A DNA stretch of 64,000 nucleotides from Candidatus Moraniibacteriota bacterium (GCA_963743885.1 CAVURJ010000001.1:76949-140948); one strand, 5' to 3'; counted from the first letter of the stretch, positions 41,396 through 50,376 are shown. Translations and numbers: made by a program. Notes: generated by a model from the letters alone, not told the origin.

Positions 41396-41742
41396 CAAGT
41401 GAATGAAGTGAACGCCGTGGCCAGAGTAAGCCAACTGCTTGGCTTACGAGGGAGGCGAGAAAGCCGGAGCGATATCCACGCGAGTGGACCGCGAGGCGGG
41501 GTCGACAGCTCGCATAAGCGAGACTGGTGACCGAGTCCTCTCCTAGGCACAAAATGAACAAAGTGAATGGATTGTGCCCCGGAAGCAGGCCAACTCTTGC
41601 CTACCGGCAGGCAGGGCTTGGCCTGCGGAGGACGAGAAAGCCGCAGTGCTGCGTGAGTTTCCGCCGAAGGCGGAAGGCGAGCGCCACGAGGCGGGGTCGC
41701 GAGAAATTTCCGTCAGGAAATTTACTTGTGACCGAGTCTCTC
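41378..41742 (+). repeat. Two tandem tRNA-Leu 3'-end-anchored cassettes (154 and 201 bp)
   Basis: CGAGTCCTCTCCT(G/A)GGCACAA at 41378 and 41532, degenerate copy at 41733; shared internal motifs. Confidence 0.85.
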
Positions 41743-41750
41743 GTTTCTAC

Positions 41751-41824
41751 GCACGCTTAGCTCAGTTGGTTAGAGCACCTCGTTTACACCGAGGGGGTCC
41801 AAGGTTCGAATCCTTGAGCGTGCA
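41751..41824 (+). tRNA. tRNA-Val(TAC)
   Basis: GCACGCT/AGCGTGC, CCTCG-TTTACAC-CGAGG. Confidence 0.95.
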
Positions 41825-41841
41825 CAGTACCTATAAAATAT

Positions 41842-42160
41842 GCCGAGGTAGCTCAGTGGTAGAGCAGAGGACTGATTTTCGGTCACTCCTGTAGTAATAC
41901 AGGATGTATGCATCGGGTGAACTCGAGGAAACCTACGTTTCTAGCAATAGGAATATGGCAATCTCGATCCAAGCCTCAGTGGGATAAAGTTCTGAGGAAG
42001 GTGTAGAGACTAGCAGGTGAGCCCCAACAATAATCCTGCAACAGCGCCCGACTTCGCACTCCTTTCGAGGAACGAAGATGAAATAGTCCGATCCTTGGGG
42101 AAACCCAAGACAAATAAGAGGAAAATCCTTGTGTCGGCAGTTCAATCCTGCCCCTCGGCA
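41842..42160 (+). tRNA. tRNA-Phe(GAA), exons 41842-41873 and 42121-42160
   Basis: GCCGAGG/CCTCGGC acceptor; joined exons give GAGGA-CTGAAAA-TCCTT. Confidence 0.92.
41874..42120 (+). mobile_element. Group I intron (247 nt) after U33 of tRNA-Phe
   Basis: P1 GACT/GGTC with U.G, P10 ATTTTC/GAAAAT, P7 AGAGACTA/ATAGTCC, terminal G. Confidence 0.92.
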
Positions 42161-42228
42161 CAGAAGACAGTTAGCAGTTAACAAATAGCAGACAACGGGA
42201 CTGTAGCTCAGTGGTAGAGCGCGCGGCT

Positions 42229-42848
42229 CAAGAAGTTCATTTCAAATTGTGTTGCGGGTTGTGTAATTCAGCATGACAATTGTTGCAAACAAGCAGACAC
42301 TTGTTCACTTCTTCGTCAATATGGGATTGCTTCCGATTTGAAAGGGATCTCATATCGAGTTGAAAGCTTTTTTCTTTCGGATCAAGGTGATGGAAAGTCA
42401 GTGCGGCAAGGTTTTTGTTATAGCCGCAAACTGAACATTTCCCACCGAATCGTTTCAAAAGCGACATCTTTCTCTCCAAGCCCCTGGCTTGTTGGGATTG
42501 ATACGATTGATGAAGCTGATTCTTACAAAAGGGCGAGCAAAAGACTGTTTGTCTGCCAGACAATTCCTTGCTACACACGACACAAGTTATGAGTTTTTTC
42601 ATAACTTTATGATAACACAAAATGAATGGATCTAGCAGGGCTGCTTAGGAAGTAATTCCTAAGTGATACTCTGTCAAACTCGGGGAAATCTAAACGGTGA
42701 GCAGTTTCATCCGCATGACAATCCCGAGCCAAGCCTCATCCATCAGGTGAGGAAGGTGTAGAGACTAGACGGCAGACACCCGTAATTCGGGTGAAGGGAT
42801 AGTCCAGCTCACAAATTTGAAAGAAGTTGCGAAAGCAATAGTGAGAAG
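42229..42848 (+). mobile_element. Group I intron (620 nt) after U33, with ORF in the P1 loop
   Basis: IGS GGCTGC (42639-44) pairs with exon GCGGCT; AAACTCGGGGAA/AATCCCGAGCCAAG, AGAGACTA, ATAGTCC, terminal G. Confidence 0.92.
42237..42602 (-). CDS. HNH endonuclease (putative homing endonuclease), antisense within intron
   Basis: CVVC..FCSPFC zinc ribbon; CSVCGY..LTFHHLDP..CLLVCNNCHAELH. Confidence 0.88.
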   Translation of the reverse strand: MKKLITCVVCSKELSGRQTVFCSPFCKNQLHQSYQSQQARGLERKMSLLKRFGGKCSVCGYNKNLAALTFHHLDPKEKSFQLDMRSLSNRKQSHIDEEVNKCLLVCNNCHAELHNPQHNLK

Positions 42849-42947
42849 CATAACCGCTTGGTCGTTGGTCCGATTCCAACCAGTCCCACAAAAACCCCTC
42901 CCCCATTGACCTGGGCGGGTTTTTTTGCCAAAATGTCCTAGTGAGCT

Positions 42948-43022
42948 GCGGGTATCGTATAGCGGCTATTATGTGACCTTGCCAAGGTCAAGATACGGGT
43001 TCGACTCCCGTTACCCGCTCCA
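42948..43022 (+). tRNA. tRNA-Gly(GCC)
   Basis: GCGGGTA/TACCCGC-TCCA, TGACC-TTGCCAA-GGTCA. Confidence 0.95.
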
Positions 43023-43177
43023 GTAAAGTAAAAGGAATGACCTCGCGTTATTCCTTTTTACTTTTTTAGTGGTAACGGGAGGAGAAGGGCGCGAGTCGGA
43101 AGCGAGCGAGCGCAGCTTCCTGTGTGTAGCGCCCAGGCTTTTTGTCAGAGCAAAAAGGACTCCCGTTACCCGCTCCA
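43003..43177 (+). repeat. tRNA-Gly 3'-end-anchored cassette
   Basis: GACTCCCGTTACCCGCTCCA at 43003 and 43158; inverted copy GGTAACGGGAG at 43071. Confidence 0.88.
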
Positions 43178-43180
43178 AGC

Positions 43181-43217
43181 AACAAAAACAACCTCTGGAG
43201 AGGTTGTTTTTGTTTTT
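43181..43217 (+). terminator. Rho-independent terminator (possibly bidirectional)
   Basis: AACAAAAACAACCTC-TGGA-GAGGTTGTTTTTGTT. Confidence 0.75.
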
Positions 43218-43233
43218 CTGCTACACTATATAT

Positions 43234-43860
43234 ATGTTCAATCTCTCACCAGAGGAGCTCAAGATCCTCAAACCCCTCTCGACGCCACAGAAGATCCAGG
43301 ACTTCCTGGATGCTTTGCCGAGCAACCTCTCCCGCTATAGCGACTCCTGCTCTTCTCCGCGCATGGCACTCCGGCACGGCCGCGCCCACTGTATTGAAGG
43401 CGCCTTCATTGCAGCTACCGCGCTGTGGCTCCATGGCGAGCGTCCGCTCCTCCTCGACCTCAAAGCGAAGCGACCGGACTTCGACCATGTCGTCGCCCTC
43501 TTCAAGCAAAACGGCTACTGGGGCGCCATCAGCAAATCCAACCACCCTGTCCTCCGCTATCGTGATCCTATCTACCGGACCGTCCGCGAGCTTGCTCTCT
43601 CCTATTTCCACGAGTACGTATTCGTGAAAACAGGAGAAAAGACTCTGGAGAGCTATTCTCGGCCTTTCTCGCTCAAGAGATTCGGCACTGCCTGGATGAC
43701 CTCCGAACGCCACCTCTGGGATATCGCTCAAGCCCTCGATGACTCCCCTCACTCTCCCCTGGTTCCGGAGAGCCAAAAACGCCTCATCCGCACCGCTTCG
43801 ACCATAGAAAAACAAGCCGGGGCACTGACCGAATGGGATCGAAGCGATCCGAGGACATAA
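43234..43860 (+). CDS. Conserved hypothetical protein, transglutaminase/papain-like fold suspected
   Basis: PQKIQDFL, HCIEGA, DHVVAL, WGAISKSN, LRYRDP. Confidence 0.8.
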   Translation: MFNLSPEELKILKPLSTPQKIQDFLDALPSNLSRYSDSCSSPRMALRHGRAHCIEGAFIAATALWLHGERPLLLDLKAKRPDFDHVVALFKQNGYWGAISKSNHPVLRYRDPIYRTVRELALSYFHEYVFVKTGEKTLESYSRPFSLKRFGTAWMTSERHLWDIAQALDDSPHSPLVPESQKRLIRTASTIEKQAGALTEWDRSDPRT

Positions 43861-44016
43861 TCCACACAATCACTGTATTGCTCGTGTATAAGTTACTAAA
43901 TGTCTTAAAATAAGCCATTTTTTATTTAACAACTCATATACGCCTGTTTTTGGCTCAAACAAGCACCTTATATCTTAATATTTGCTTCAAATAAGCCAAA
44001 TACTTACATTTTACCA

Positions 44017-44045
44017 TTGACGGATTTCTTATTTTGTGCTAACAT
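44017..44045 (+). promoter_or_regulatory. sigma70-type promoter TTGACG-N17-TAACAT
   Basis: 17-bp spacer, TGn extension, upstream of 3D-domain gene. Confidence 0.55.
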
Positions 44046-44113
44046 AGGCGGTTGGCTGAAAAGCCAGCCCGTACCCCTTCCGAGGGACTGCGGCTTATAC
44101 GTAAGGGCAACCT

Positions 44114-44683
44114 ATGCGTTTTCAGAAGGACCTCCTTCTTATCAGACTCGTCATCGGACTGGTTTTCCTCAATATAGACATCACCGACGCGAACGCTATG
44201 GCGTTCCACACCGAGCTTCCGCTCGCGACTACCGTCAAGACAGCCTACGACTTCAAAAACGACCCTTTCCTCATCGATTGGACCTTCCGTACGGAAGACA
44301 CCGAGCAGGCTATCGAGCCCGCCCAGATGAGCAAAGAGGACAAGCTCCTCGCCCACTGGAAGGAAAAGCAGGCCCATCTCTGGACTGCCCTTCCGGAAGG
44401 ACAGTTCACTATCAACGCCTCTGCCTATACGGCCGCGGCTGATGAGTGTGGTAAAAGCGACGGAGTCACCGCTTCCGGCATCAAAGTGACCGAGAAACGC
44501 ACCCTCGCCTGCCCGCCCAACTTCCCATTCGGTACCAAAATCGCCATCGAGGGTATGGGCGAATTCCGTTGCGAAGACCGCGGCGGCGCCATCAAAGGCA
44601 ACAAGATCGACATCTACATGGAGACCAAGAAAGAGGCTTTCTCCTTCGGTCGCCGCAACCTCATCGCCCAGGTCGTGAAGTAA
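44114..44683 (+). CDS. 3D-domain (MltA-like) cell-wall protein
   Basis: ASAYT, TASG, PFGTKI, EDRGGAIKGNKIDIY, FGRR. Confidence 0.9.
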   Translation: MRFQKDLLLIRLVIGLVFLNIDITDANAMAFHTELPLATTVKTAYDFKNDPFLIDWTFRTEDTEQAIEPAQMSKEDKLLAHWKEKQAHLWTALPEGQFTINASAYTAAADECGKSDGVTASGIKVTEKRTLACPPNFPFGTKIAIEGMGEFRCEDRGGAIKGNKIDIYMETKKEAFSFGRRNLIAQVVK

Positions 44684-44806
44684 TACTGCCTGATCAGAAA
44701 AGCGCCCCATCCGCCAGCCGGCGGAGGGCGCTTTTTGATTTCATAACCCATTGCGAATCATTGCGAATTATCCTAAAATTGCAGTATAGGACATAACCTC
44801 TTTTAT

Positions 44807-45514
44807 ATGGGAATAAAATACAAAGTAAACGAGGACTTCTTCAAAAAATGGTCCCAGGAAATGGCTTATACGCTCGGATATATCTACGCCGACGGCAGCC
44901 TCGAGTACGCCCCTCGCCTCCGAGGAAGATACCTCCGCGTCTCTAGTGTGGAAAAAAGAAATATCGAGAAGATAAAAGAATGGATGGATTCAGAACATAC
45001 AATAATCACCAAGAAGCCAACGTCAAAGAACGGAAAGACTGGGTACTTGCTACGAATCGGGAGTCATAAGATCTATAACGATCTAACGAAACTGGGATTG
45101 TATCCAAATAAATCATTGACCGTGAAATTTCCCTCTATTCCTAAAGAATCTCTCTGCCACTTCGTTCGCGGATATTTCGATGGTGATGGCTGCGTCAGAC
45201 TATCGACAGCAAAGGGAGTCTTTCAGAAGCTCAGCACTGTATTTACAAGCGGAAGCAAAGCATTTTTACAAGATCTGGCTATCCAATTACACTCTGCCGC
45301 CAACACAAAACAGCTGAGTGTCTACAATGGCCATCGGTCTTATATGCTTTCCTATTCGACAAGTGATAGTATTAGGCTTTTTAAGTTTTTTTATGGAAAA
45401 GCGAAGATTCCTATCTTTTTGGAAAGAAAGGCCGCAATTTACGGCGAGTATTTCCAGCTGAAGCCAGAAAGGCTTGATAAAAAGGCAAAAAGTGTACTAC
45501 AATGCTTAAGTTAA
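44807..45514 (+). CDS. Free-standing LAGLIDADG endonuclease-like protein
   Basis: LGYIYADGS and FVRGYFDGDG; AT-rich. Confidence 0.88.
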   Translation: MGIKYKVNEDFFKKWSQEMAYTLGYIYADGSLEYAPRLRGRYLRVSSVEKRNIEKIKEWMDSEHTIITKKPTSKNGKTGYLLRIGSHKIYNDLTKLGLYPNKSLTVKFPSIPKESLCHFVRGYFDGDGCVRLSTAKGVFQKLSTVFTSGSKAFLQDLAIQLHSAANTKQLSVYNGHRSYMLSYSTSDSIRLFKFFYGKAKIPIFLERKAAIYGEYFQLKPERLDKKAKSVLQCLS

Positions 45515-45524
45515 CATAGGTATT

Positions 45525-45595
45525 GGTCCGATGGCCGAGTGGTTAGGCAAAGCTCTGCAAAAGCTTTTACAGCGGTTCAATTCCGCTTCGGACCT
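45525..45595 (+). tRNA. tRNA-Cys(GCA)
   Basis: GGTCCGA/TCGGACC-T, AAGCT-CTGCAAA-AGCTT. Confidence 0.93.
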
Positions 45596-45614
45596 CAAGT
45601 ATTCTCAAAAAATA

Positions 45615-45698
45615 GGGTCAGTGGTGGAACTGGCATACACGCGACACTTAAAATGTTGTGCCTGTAAAGGCTTGTGGGTTCGAGTCCCACCTGACCCA
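45615..45698 (+). tRNA. tRNA-Leu(TAA), intron-less
   Basis: GGGTCAG/CTGACCC, CGACA-CTTAAAA-TGTTG, long variable arm. Confidence 0.93.
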
Positions 45699-45712
45699 CA
45701 AAAAAACCGGGT

Positions 45713-46309
45713 TCATGCCCGGTTTTCGTTTTTCTTCTTGATCTTCGCGATCACTCCAGGGATCTTCTTAAAATCCTCGATGAGCGTCTGACGCAATCCG
45801 CCATTGTAGAGTGCGGCCGCCGGATGGTAGAGCACGAAAAACATCTGCTCGCCGATATCATCAAATGTCCGACGGAATACCTGTCCGTGTACTTCGGAAA
45901 TCTTCTCGCCCGGGACGAAGTGCTCCATCGCATGCCGGCCGAGTGTCACGATGACTTTCGGACGGATGACAGCGATTTGCTCATGGAGCCAGGGCATGCA
46001 CGCCGCTATCTCTTCCGGCAGCGGATCACGATTCTCCGGCGGACGATACTTCACGACATTGGTTATATAGATATCCTCGCGCTTAAGGTTGATCGTCACC
46101 AACATCTCAGAAAGAAATTTTCCTGCTGCTCCGATGAACGGCCTCCCCTCTTCGTCTTCTTTTTTTCCTGGCGCCTCACCGACGAACATGATCTCTGCTT
46201 CCGCGCTGCCATCACCCGGCACCGCCTGCGTGCACTGCTCGCGAAGCGCACACACGCACTCGCGCACCCACTTCTCATTCACAGCATCAAGCGCCTGTTG
46301 CTTATCCAT
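45713..46309 (-). CDS. Uracil-DNA glycosylase family 4
   Basis: CVCAL, VGEAPG, PFIGAAG, NVVKYRPPENRDP, YHPAA. Confidence 0.93.
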   Translation of the reverse strand: MDKQQALDAVNEKWVRECVCALREQCTQAVPGDGSAEAEIMFVGEAPGKKEDEEGRPFIGAAGKFLSEMLVTINLKREDIYITNVVKYRPPENRDPLPEEIAACMPWLHEQIAVIRPKVIVTLGRHAMEHFVPGEKISEVHGQVFRRTFDDIGEQMFFVLYHPAAALYNGGLRQTLIEDFKKIPGVIAKIKKKNENRA

Positions 46310-46337
46310 ATCAGACACATTATGAATCGAGCTCAGG

Positions 46338-46495
46338 ATTTCCGGCAAGATGTCTTTTTAAGAAAAAGAAATTGTCTGAGACGCTCTTGTTTCTCGAAAG
46401 ATTTCCTTTGGCCGTAGAGAGGGAGGGAAATGTTTCGTAAGAAACAAGAGCGGTGAGTTTTTCTTTTTCTTCAAAAAGAGTTTCTTGCTGGGAAT
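46338..46495 (+). repeat. ~157-bp hairpin repeat, copy C
   Basis: Homologous to copy A. Confidence 0.9.
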
Positions 46496-46517
46496 CCAAA
46501 CGTCACCCATCCAAATT

Positions 46518-47477
46518 TTATGCGATAGCGAACCCCCGCTCCGTCTCTATGATACTACCAGGAATCTCAAAGCCACTCGCGAGACGATGTCCGCCGCCAC
46601 CAAACTGCGCTGCAATCGCCGACACATCCACACCGTGCTGCTCCATCGAACGCAAGCTCGCGCGCACGATGCCCCCATCACGTTCCGAGAGCACCATCGC
46701 GAACTTCGCATCCGGCACCGCCGAGAGAATAGACGCGACCTGATAGATATCATCCACCGATGCCTGGGCATCCTCGACATCCCTCTTTGTCACCGCCGTC
46801 ACAAGCATACCATTCTCCGGATTGAGCTTCGCCTTCTCAAATGCCTTCCCCCACAACTTGAGGGCTGCGATATTCTGATGTGCGAAAATCGTCTGCGAAA
46901 TCTTGGTGAGCGGCGCGCCGCGTTTCATGAGATCCGATGCGATCTCCATCACGCGCGGCGACAGACTCCCATGCTGGAAGCCGCCGGTATCGAAGATGAT
47001 CCCCATGAGGAGCTTCGTCGCCATCGACTTCGAGATGTTCGCATCGACTGAACGAAGGAAAAGATAGACGAGTTCGGAGCTCGACGAGTACGCGGTATCG
47101 ATCACGATCACATCACCGCGCACCGATATGTCGGGATGATGATCGATGAGCACAATCGCCTGATCCTCAGAGAATCGTCCGACGATCGTATCAAATCCCC
47201 TATCGACACTATCGCATGCGATCACGGCATCGTAGCTCGCGAGATCGAGCTGGTCAGGATGAAAGAATGTTTCCTTCGCAAGCGATGAGATCACATCCGG
47301 AAACGGATCAAGACAGGCGACATCAGCATGTTTGCCACTCAACCGAATATATTCCGCCAGCGCAGTATTCGATCCGACCGCATCAGGGTCTGGCCGATTA
47401 TGCGCCACAAGGAGTACGCGCTCGGATTTCGAGATGATGTATTCAATGGTGCGAAACTCTTTCTCGAAACTCTGCAT
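46518..47477 (-). CDS. nrnA: DHH/DHHA1 phosphoesterase (NrnA-like)
   Basis: HNRPDPDAVGS, IDHH, DTGGF, SLRS, GGGGH. Confidence 0.9.
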   Translation of the reverse strand: MQSFEKEFRTIEYIISKSERVLLVAHNRPDPDAVGSNTALAEYIRLSGKHADVACLDPFPDVISSLAKETFFHPDQLDLASYDAVIACDSVDRGFDTIVGRFSEDQAIVLIDHHPDISVRGDVIVIDTAYSSSSELVYLFLRSVDANISKSMATKLLMGIIFDTGGFQHGSLSPRVMEIASDLMKRGAPLTKISQTIFAHQNIAALKLWGKAFEKAKLNPENGMLVTAVTKRDVEDAQASVDDIYQVASILSAVPDAKFAMVLSERDGGIVRASLRSMEQHGVDVSAIAAQFGGGGHRLASGFEIPGSIIETERGFAIA

Positions 47478-47491
47478 ACGTATCGGATACT

Positions 47492-47827
47492 TCAAAATAT
47501 TTCTTTGAGAAGCTTCTCGACTTTATCAGCCTCTTCTTCGGTCCGATCGATCTCAAAAGAGAGCTTTGGCATCGGCCGCATGTAGAGCTTACTGTAAAGC
47601 TTCCTCTGGATTCCAGGAAGTTCCTTCTTGAGCGTCTCAGTAACATAGTGGATTTCTGTCTCAGGGAAAACACTGACGAACATACGAGTGTAGCGGAGAT
47701 CCTTCGATGTGTCAACCTTCGCGATCGTCGCAAAGACGCCCGGCTTGAAGGAAAGCTCCTTTTCCATGATTTCCGCCAGATGTTTGCGGATCAGCTCATT
47801 GACCTTGGTGACGCGGAGTGATGACAT
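47492..47827 (-). CDS. rbfA: Ribosome-binding factor A
   Basis: RVTKVNELIR, VDTSKDLR, MRPMPKLSF. Confidence 0.92.
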   Translation of the reverse strand: MSSLRVTKVNELIRKHLAEIMEKELSFKPGVFATIAKVDTSKDLRYTRMFVSVFPETEIHYVTETLKKELPGIQRKLYSKLYMRPMPKLSFEIDRTEEEADKVEKLLKEIF

Positions 47828-47871
47828 ATATGTGGATAACAGTGTACAAACGTCTTTTTTGGCTTATATTG

Positions 47872-47943
47872 TGCCCTCGAGAGGAATCGGACCTCTATTT
47901 ACTCGTTAGGAGTGAGTCGTTCTATCCATTGAACTACAAGGGC
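47872..47943 (-). tRNA. tRNA-Arg(CCT)
   Basis: GCCCTTG/CGAGGGC, loop CTCCTAA; one A.C mismatch in anticodon stem; T-loop TCCGATT. Confidence 0.82.
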
Positions 47944-48053
47944 GAAGACGCATACTACCACGTCTCATTCATCTTATCAATGCTTACGTGTTAAGTAAAA
48001 CAAAAAATCCCCAAATAAGGAGATTTTCGCGACAACGCCTGATTTTCCGAAAA

Positions 48054-48294
48054 CAGTGTGGACCATGCCGGAACACTCACTACGCCCCTTCGATAAACTC
48101 GGGGTGCGTTCTATAGGGCTTCCCTGCCCGAAGTGCTACATCGTTGCAGGCGGGCGCCCTCTAGTCCTCTCCGCCCAGCTGGCGGATCGGTCACCCCGAA
48201 CGGGAAACTCCCGTTTCCTCGACTCGATTCGAGTCGAAGCGGGCCGACCCCTGCCTACCGGCAGGCAGGCCTTCCCTATTCGACCCCGTCAGTG

Positions 48295-48308
<14 letters not shown>
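48054..48308 (-). repeat. tRNA-Ala 3'-end-anchored cassette filled with small palindromes
   Basis: CAGTGTGGACCATGCCGGA at 48054 and 48290. Confidence 0.85.
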
Positions 48309-48367
<59 letters not shown>

Positions 48368-48375
48368 GTTATTGG

Positions 48376-49050
48376 CTACATGAGTAGCATTTTAGCAATG
48401 TGTTTTAATTCAAGATCAATAGAAGAAGAAAAGTAGTCAACGCGACATACGCCTCTGTAATCGGCTTTTCTTGACTTTTTACCAATGGTTCTCTTATCAA
48501 TCCTTGCTTTGTAAAACTGACTGCGAGAGACGGCTGTAATTTTAGACCAAATATTCTCTAAAGATTCTACGTCTTGATCTGCTCTGCATTGAACCGTAAT
48601 TCTGAACTTTGACTCATCAATCTCATAACATTCTCGCATAAGGCGCATAAAAAGTCCAATGATGGATGGGTCTGAGTTACCAAACATAAGGGCTCCCCTT
48701 GGTGATTTGGAGCCTTCTGCTAGATAGAGAACTGCCAATGTAATTTTTCGGGAATCTTTGCTGGTTTTAAAAAAATTAATAAGCGAATTATTTTGTGAAT
48801 TAAGTTTTTCTACTAGAACTAAACGGTCCTCTTTTTTCTTTTCTAGAGCCATAATTCTAGATTTTTCAAGATGAAGTTTATTCATATTCTTCATCTTCAA
48901 ATAGTATTCTTCTGGCAGTTTAACCTTACTGCACCAGCTAGAAAGCGTGCTTTTTGAAATAATAACACCTAAAATATCACTAATCTCACTATATGTTCTC
49001 CCTTGCGAACGGAGATGCTGAGCTCTAATTTTGATGGAATATAATTTCAT
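48376..49050 (-). CDS. HTH plus LAGLIDADG-like protein
   Basis: LRSQGRTYSEIS..ISKSTLSSW HTH; LAVLYLAEGS, FGNSDP, YRGVCRV; AT-rich. Confidence 0.75.
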   Translation of the reverse strand: MKLYSIKIRAQHLRSQGRTYSEISDILGVIISKSTLSSWCSKVKLPEEYYLKMKNMNKLHLEKSRIMALEKKKEDRLVLVEKLNSQNNSLINFFKTSKDSRKITLAVLYLAEGSKSPRGALMFGNSDPSIIGLFMRLMRECYEIDESKFRITVQCRADQDVESLENIWSKITAVSRSQFYKARIDKRTIGKKSRKADYRGVCRVDYFSSSIDLELKHIAKMLLM

Positions 49051-49139
49051 AGATTTATTGTACCATAGAACTACTCCATGTGTAAATAAGTTAGGTTCAT
49101 TTTTTAAGATGAGACTTTCTTGCTCAACTATTTACTAAT

Positions 49140-50350
49140 TGTTCCACGTGGAACAATTCCGATACTAGTCACCCTATCAGAACAATCCAGAATATCTTTT
49201 AAACGATACTTTCCTACTTGAAAGTAAAAATCATGCCATTAGGCTAATCTGTAAGCCAAAAATACGCACGGTCCAGCCCGCGTCATCACAATGTTCCACG
49301 TGGAACATATTACACTCCATAATAATTAATCATCTGTTCCACGTGGAACATTCAAAAAAACCAGTAGCGGATAACAATGAGACAACGAGATTGTTCCACG
49401 TGGAACAATTTAAAAAAATACCTCCGTATCTACGTGACAGCAAAAAATTAGCGTATCGATGTTCCACGTGAAACATACTCATATATACAGACTTGTTCCA
49501 CGTGGAACAAAATACCCACTATGAACAATCATGGGTCTTGAGGATCCTTAAAAGATAAGCGATTGCTATGGAGCCACAGAAAGCATATTCTAAAACATCC
49601 TATGTTCCACGTGGAACATACATCAAAAAAACAGCCAGCCTGAAATATCCCTTATCCTCGTTTTCAAATATACTTTCCTTTCAAAAAGTCTAAAAATACT
49701 GTTTTTTGGCTTATGATAGGTACGTAAGACACAAAAATACTAGTTGTTCCACGTGGAACATGCCAAAATTCCATACCAATGTTCCACGTGGAACATTTTT
49801 AAAAAAACGATATCCTTGAGGCGTCTCACAATGTTCCACGTGGAACATATGTGTTTTTTGAAAAACAGTCTCAAAACGATCCATCCCATACAAAGGTTCG
49901 CCAGAACAGCTGCGCCTCTACTTATCGCGATACATTGTTCCACGTGGAACAATGTATCATTACAATACATGGATAAGGGAAAGATGTTCCACGTGGAACA
50001 TATCTACCGAATACCCACTCCATGAACATTAAAAATTATCCTTTTGCCAGAACTTTCTTCTTTGAAAGTTAGAAATTTGTATATTTTGGCTTATATTAAA
50101 TATTTATGTTAATAATGTTCCACGTGGAACATGCTAACACAATCAAATCTTATCGTGCTTGAAACATATTTTAAAAAATGTTCCACGTGGAACATTTAAA
50201 CAAGTCACCAAAAGATCGGGTATTTCGCCAGGGGATTATGTTCCACGTGGAACATAGCCATCATTATTAAAAACTCAAATATACAAATATCCTATATATC
50301 ATACTAATAATTGACAGAATGGACTGCTGTAAAATGTTCCACGTGGAACA
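49140..50350. repeat. parS: parS array: 16 copies of TGTTCCACGTG(G/A)AACA
   Basis: Starts at 49140, 49292, 49335, 49392, 49460, 49494, 49603, 49745, 49780, 49832, 49936, 49985, 50116, 50179, 50239, 50335; matches chromosomal parS consensus. Confidence 0.95.
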
Positions 50351-50376
50351 TCTTATATCACTTTTTCTCTACATTA

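Larger units (their letters stand above)
42197..42888 (+). tRNA. tRNA(CAT), probably Ile2; exons 42197-42228 and 42849-42888
   Basis: GGGACTG/CAGTCCC acceptor; joined GCGG-CTCATAA-CCGC; 3' half resembles Ile2 tRNAs; elongator Met not excluded. Confidence 0.85.

Noticed and set aside
44047-44113. c-di-AMP riboswitch before the 3D-domain gene
   Set aside because: Only ~65 nt with two small hairpins; lacks the ydaO consensus segments.
45615-45698. Intron in tRNA-Leu(TAA)
   Set aside because: Anticodon loop is contiguous.
49711-50025. ORFs with MFHVEH/CSTWN repeats
   Set aside because: Translations of the parS palindrome.
49140-50350. CRISPR array
   Set aside because: Repeat is a 16-bp palindrome matching parS, gaps are irregular and there are no cas genes.
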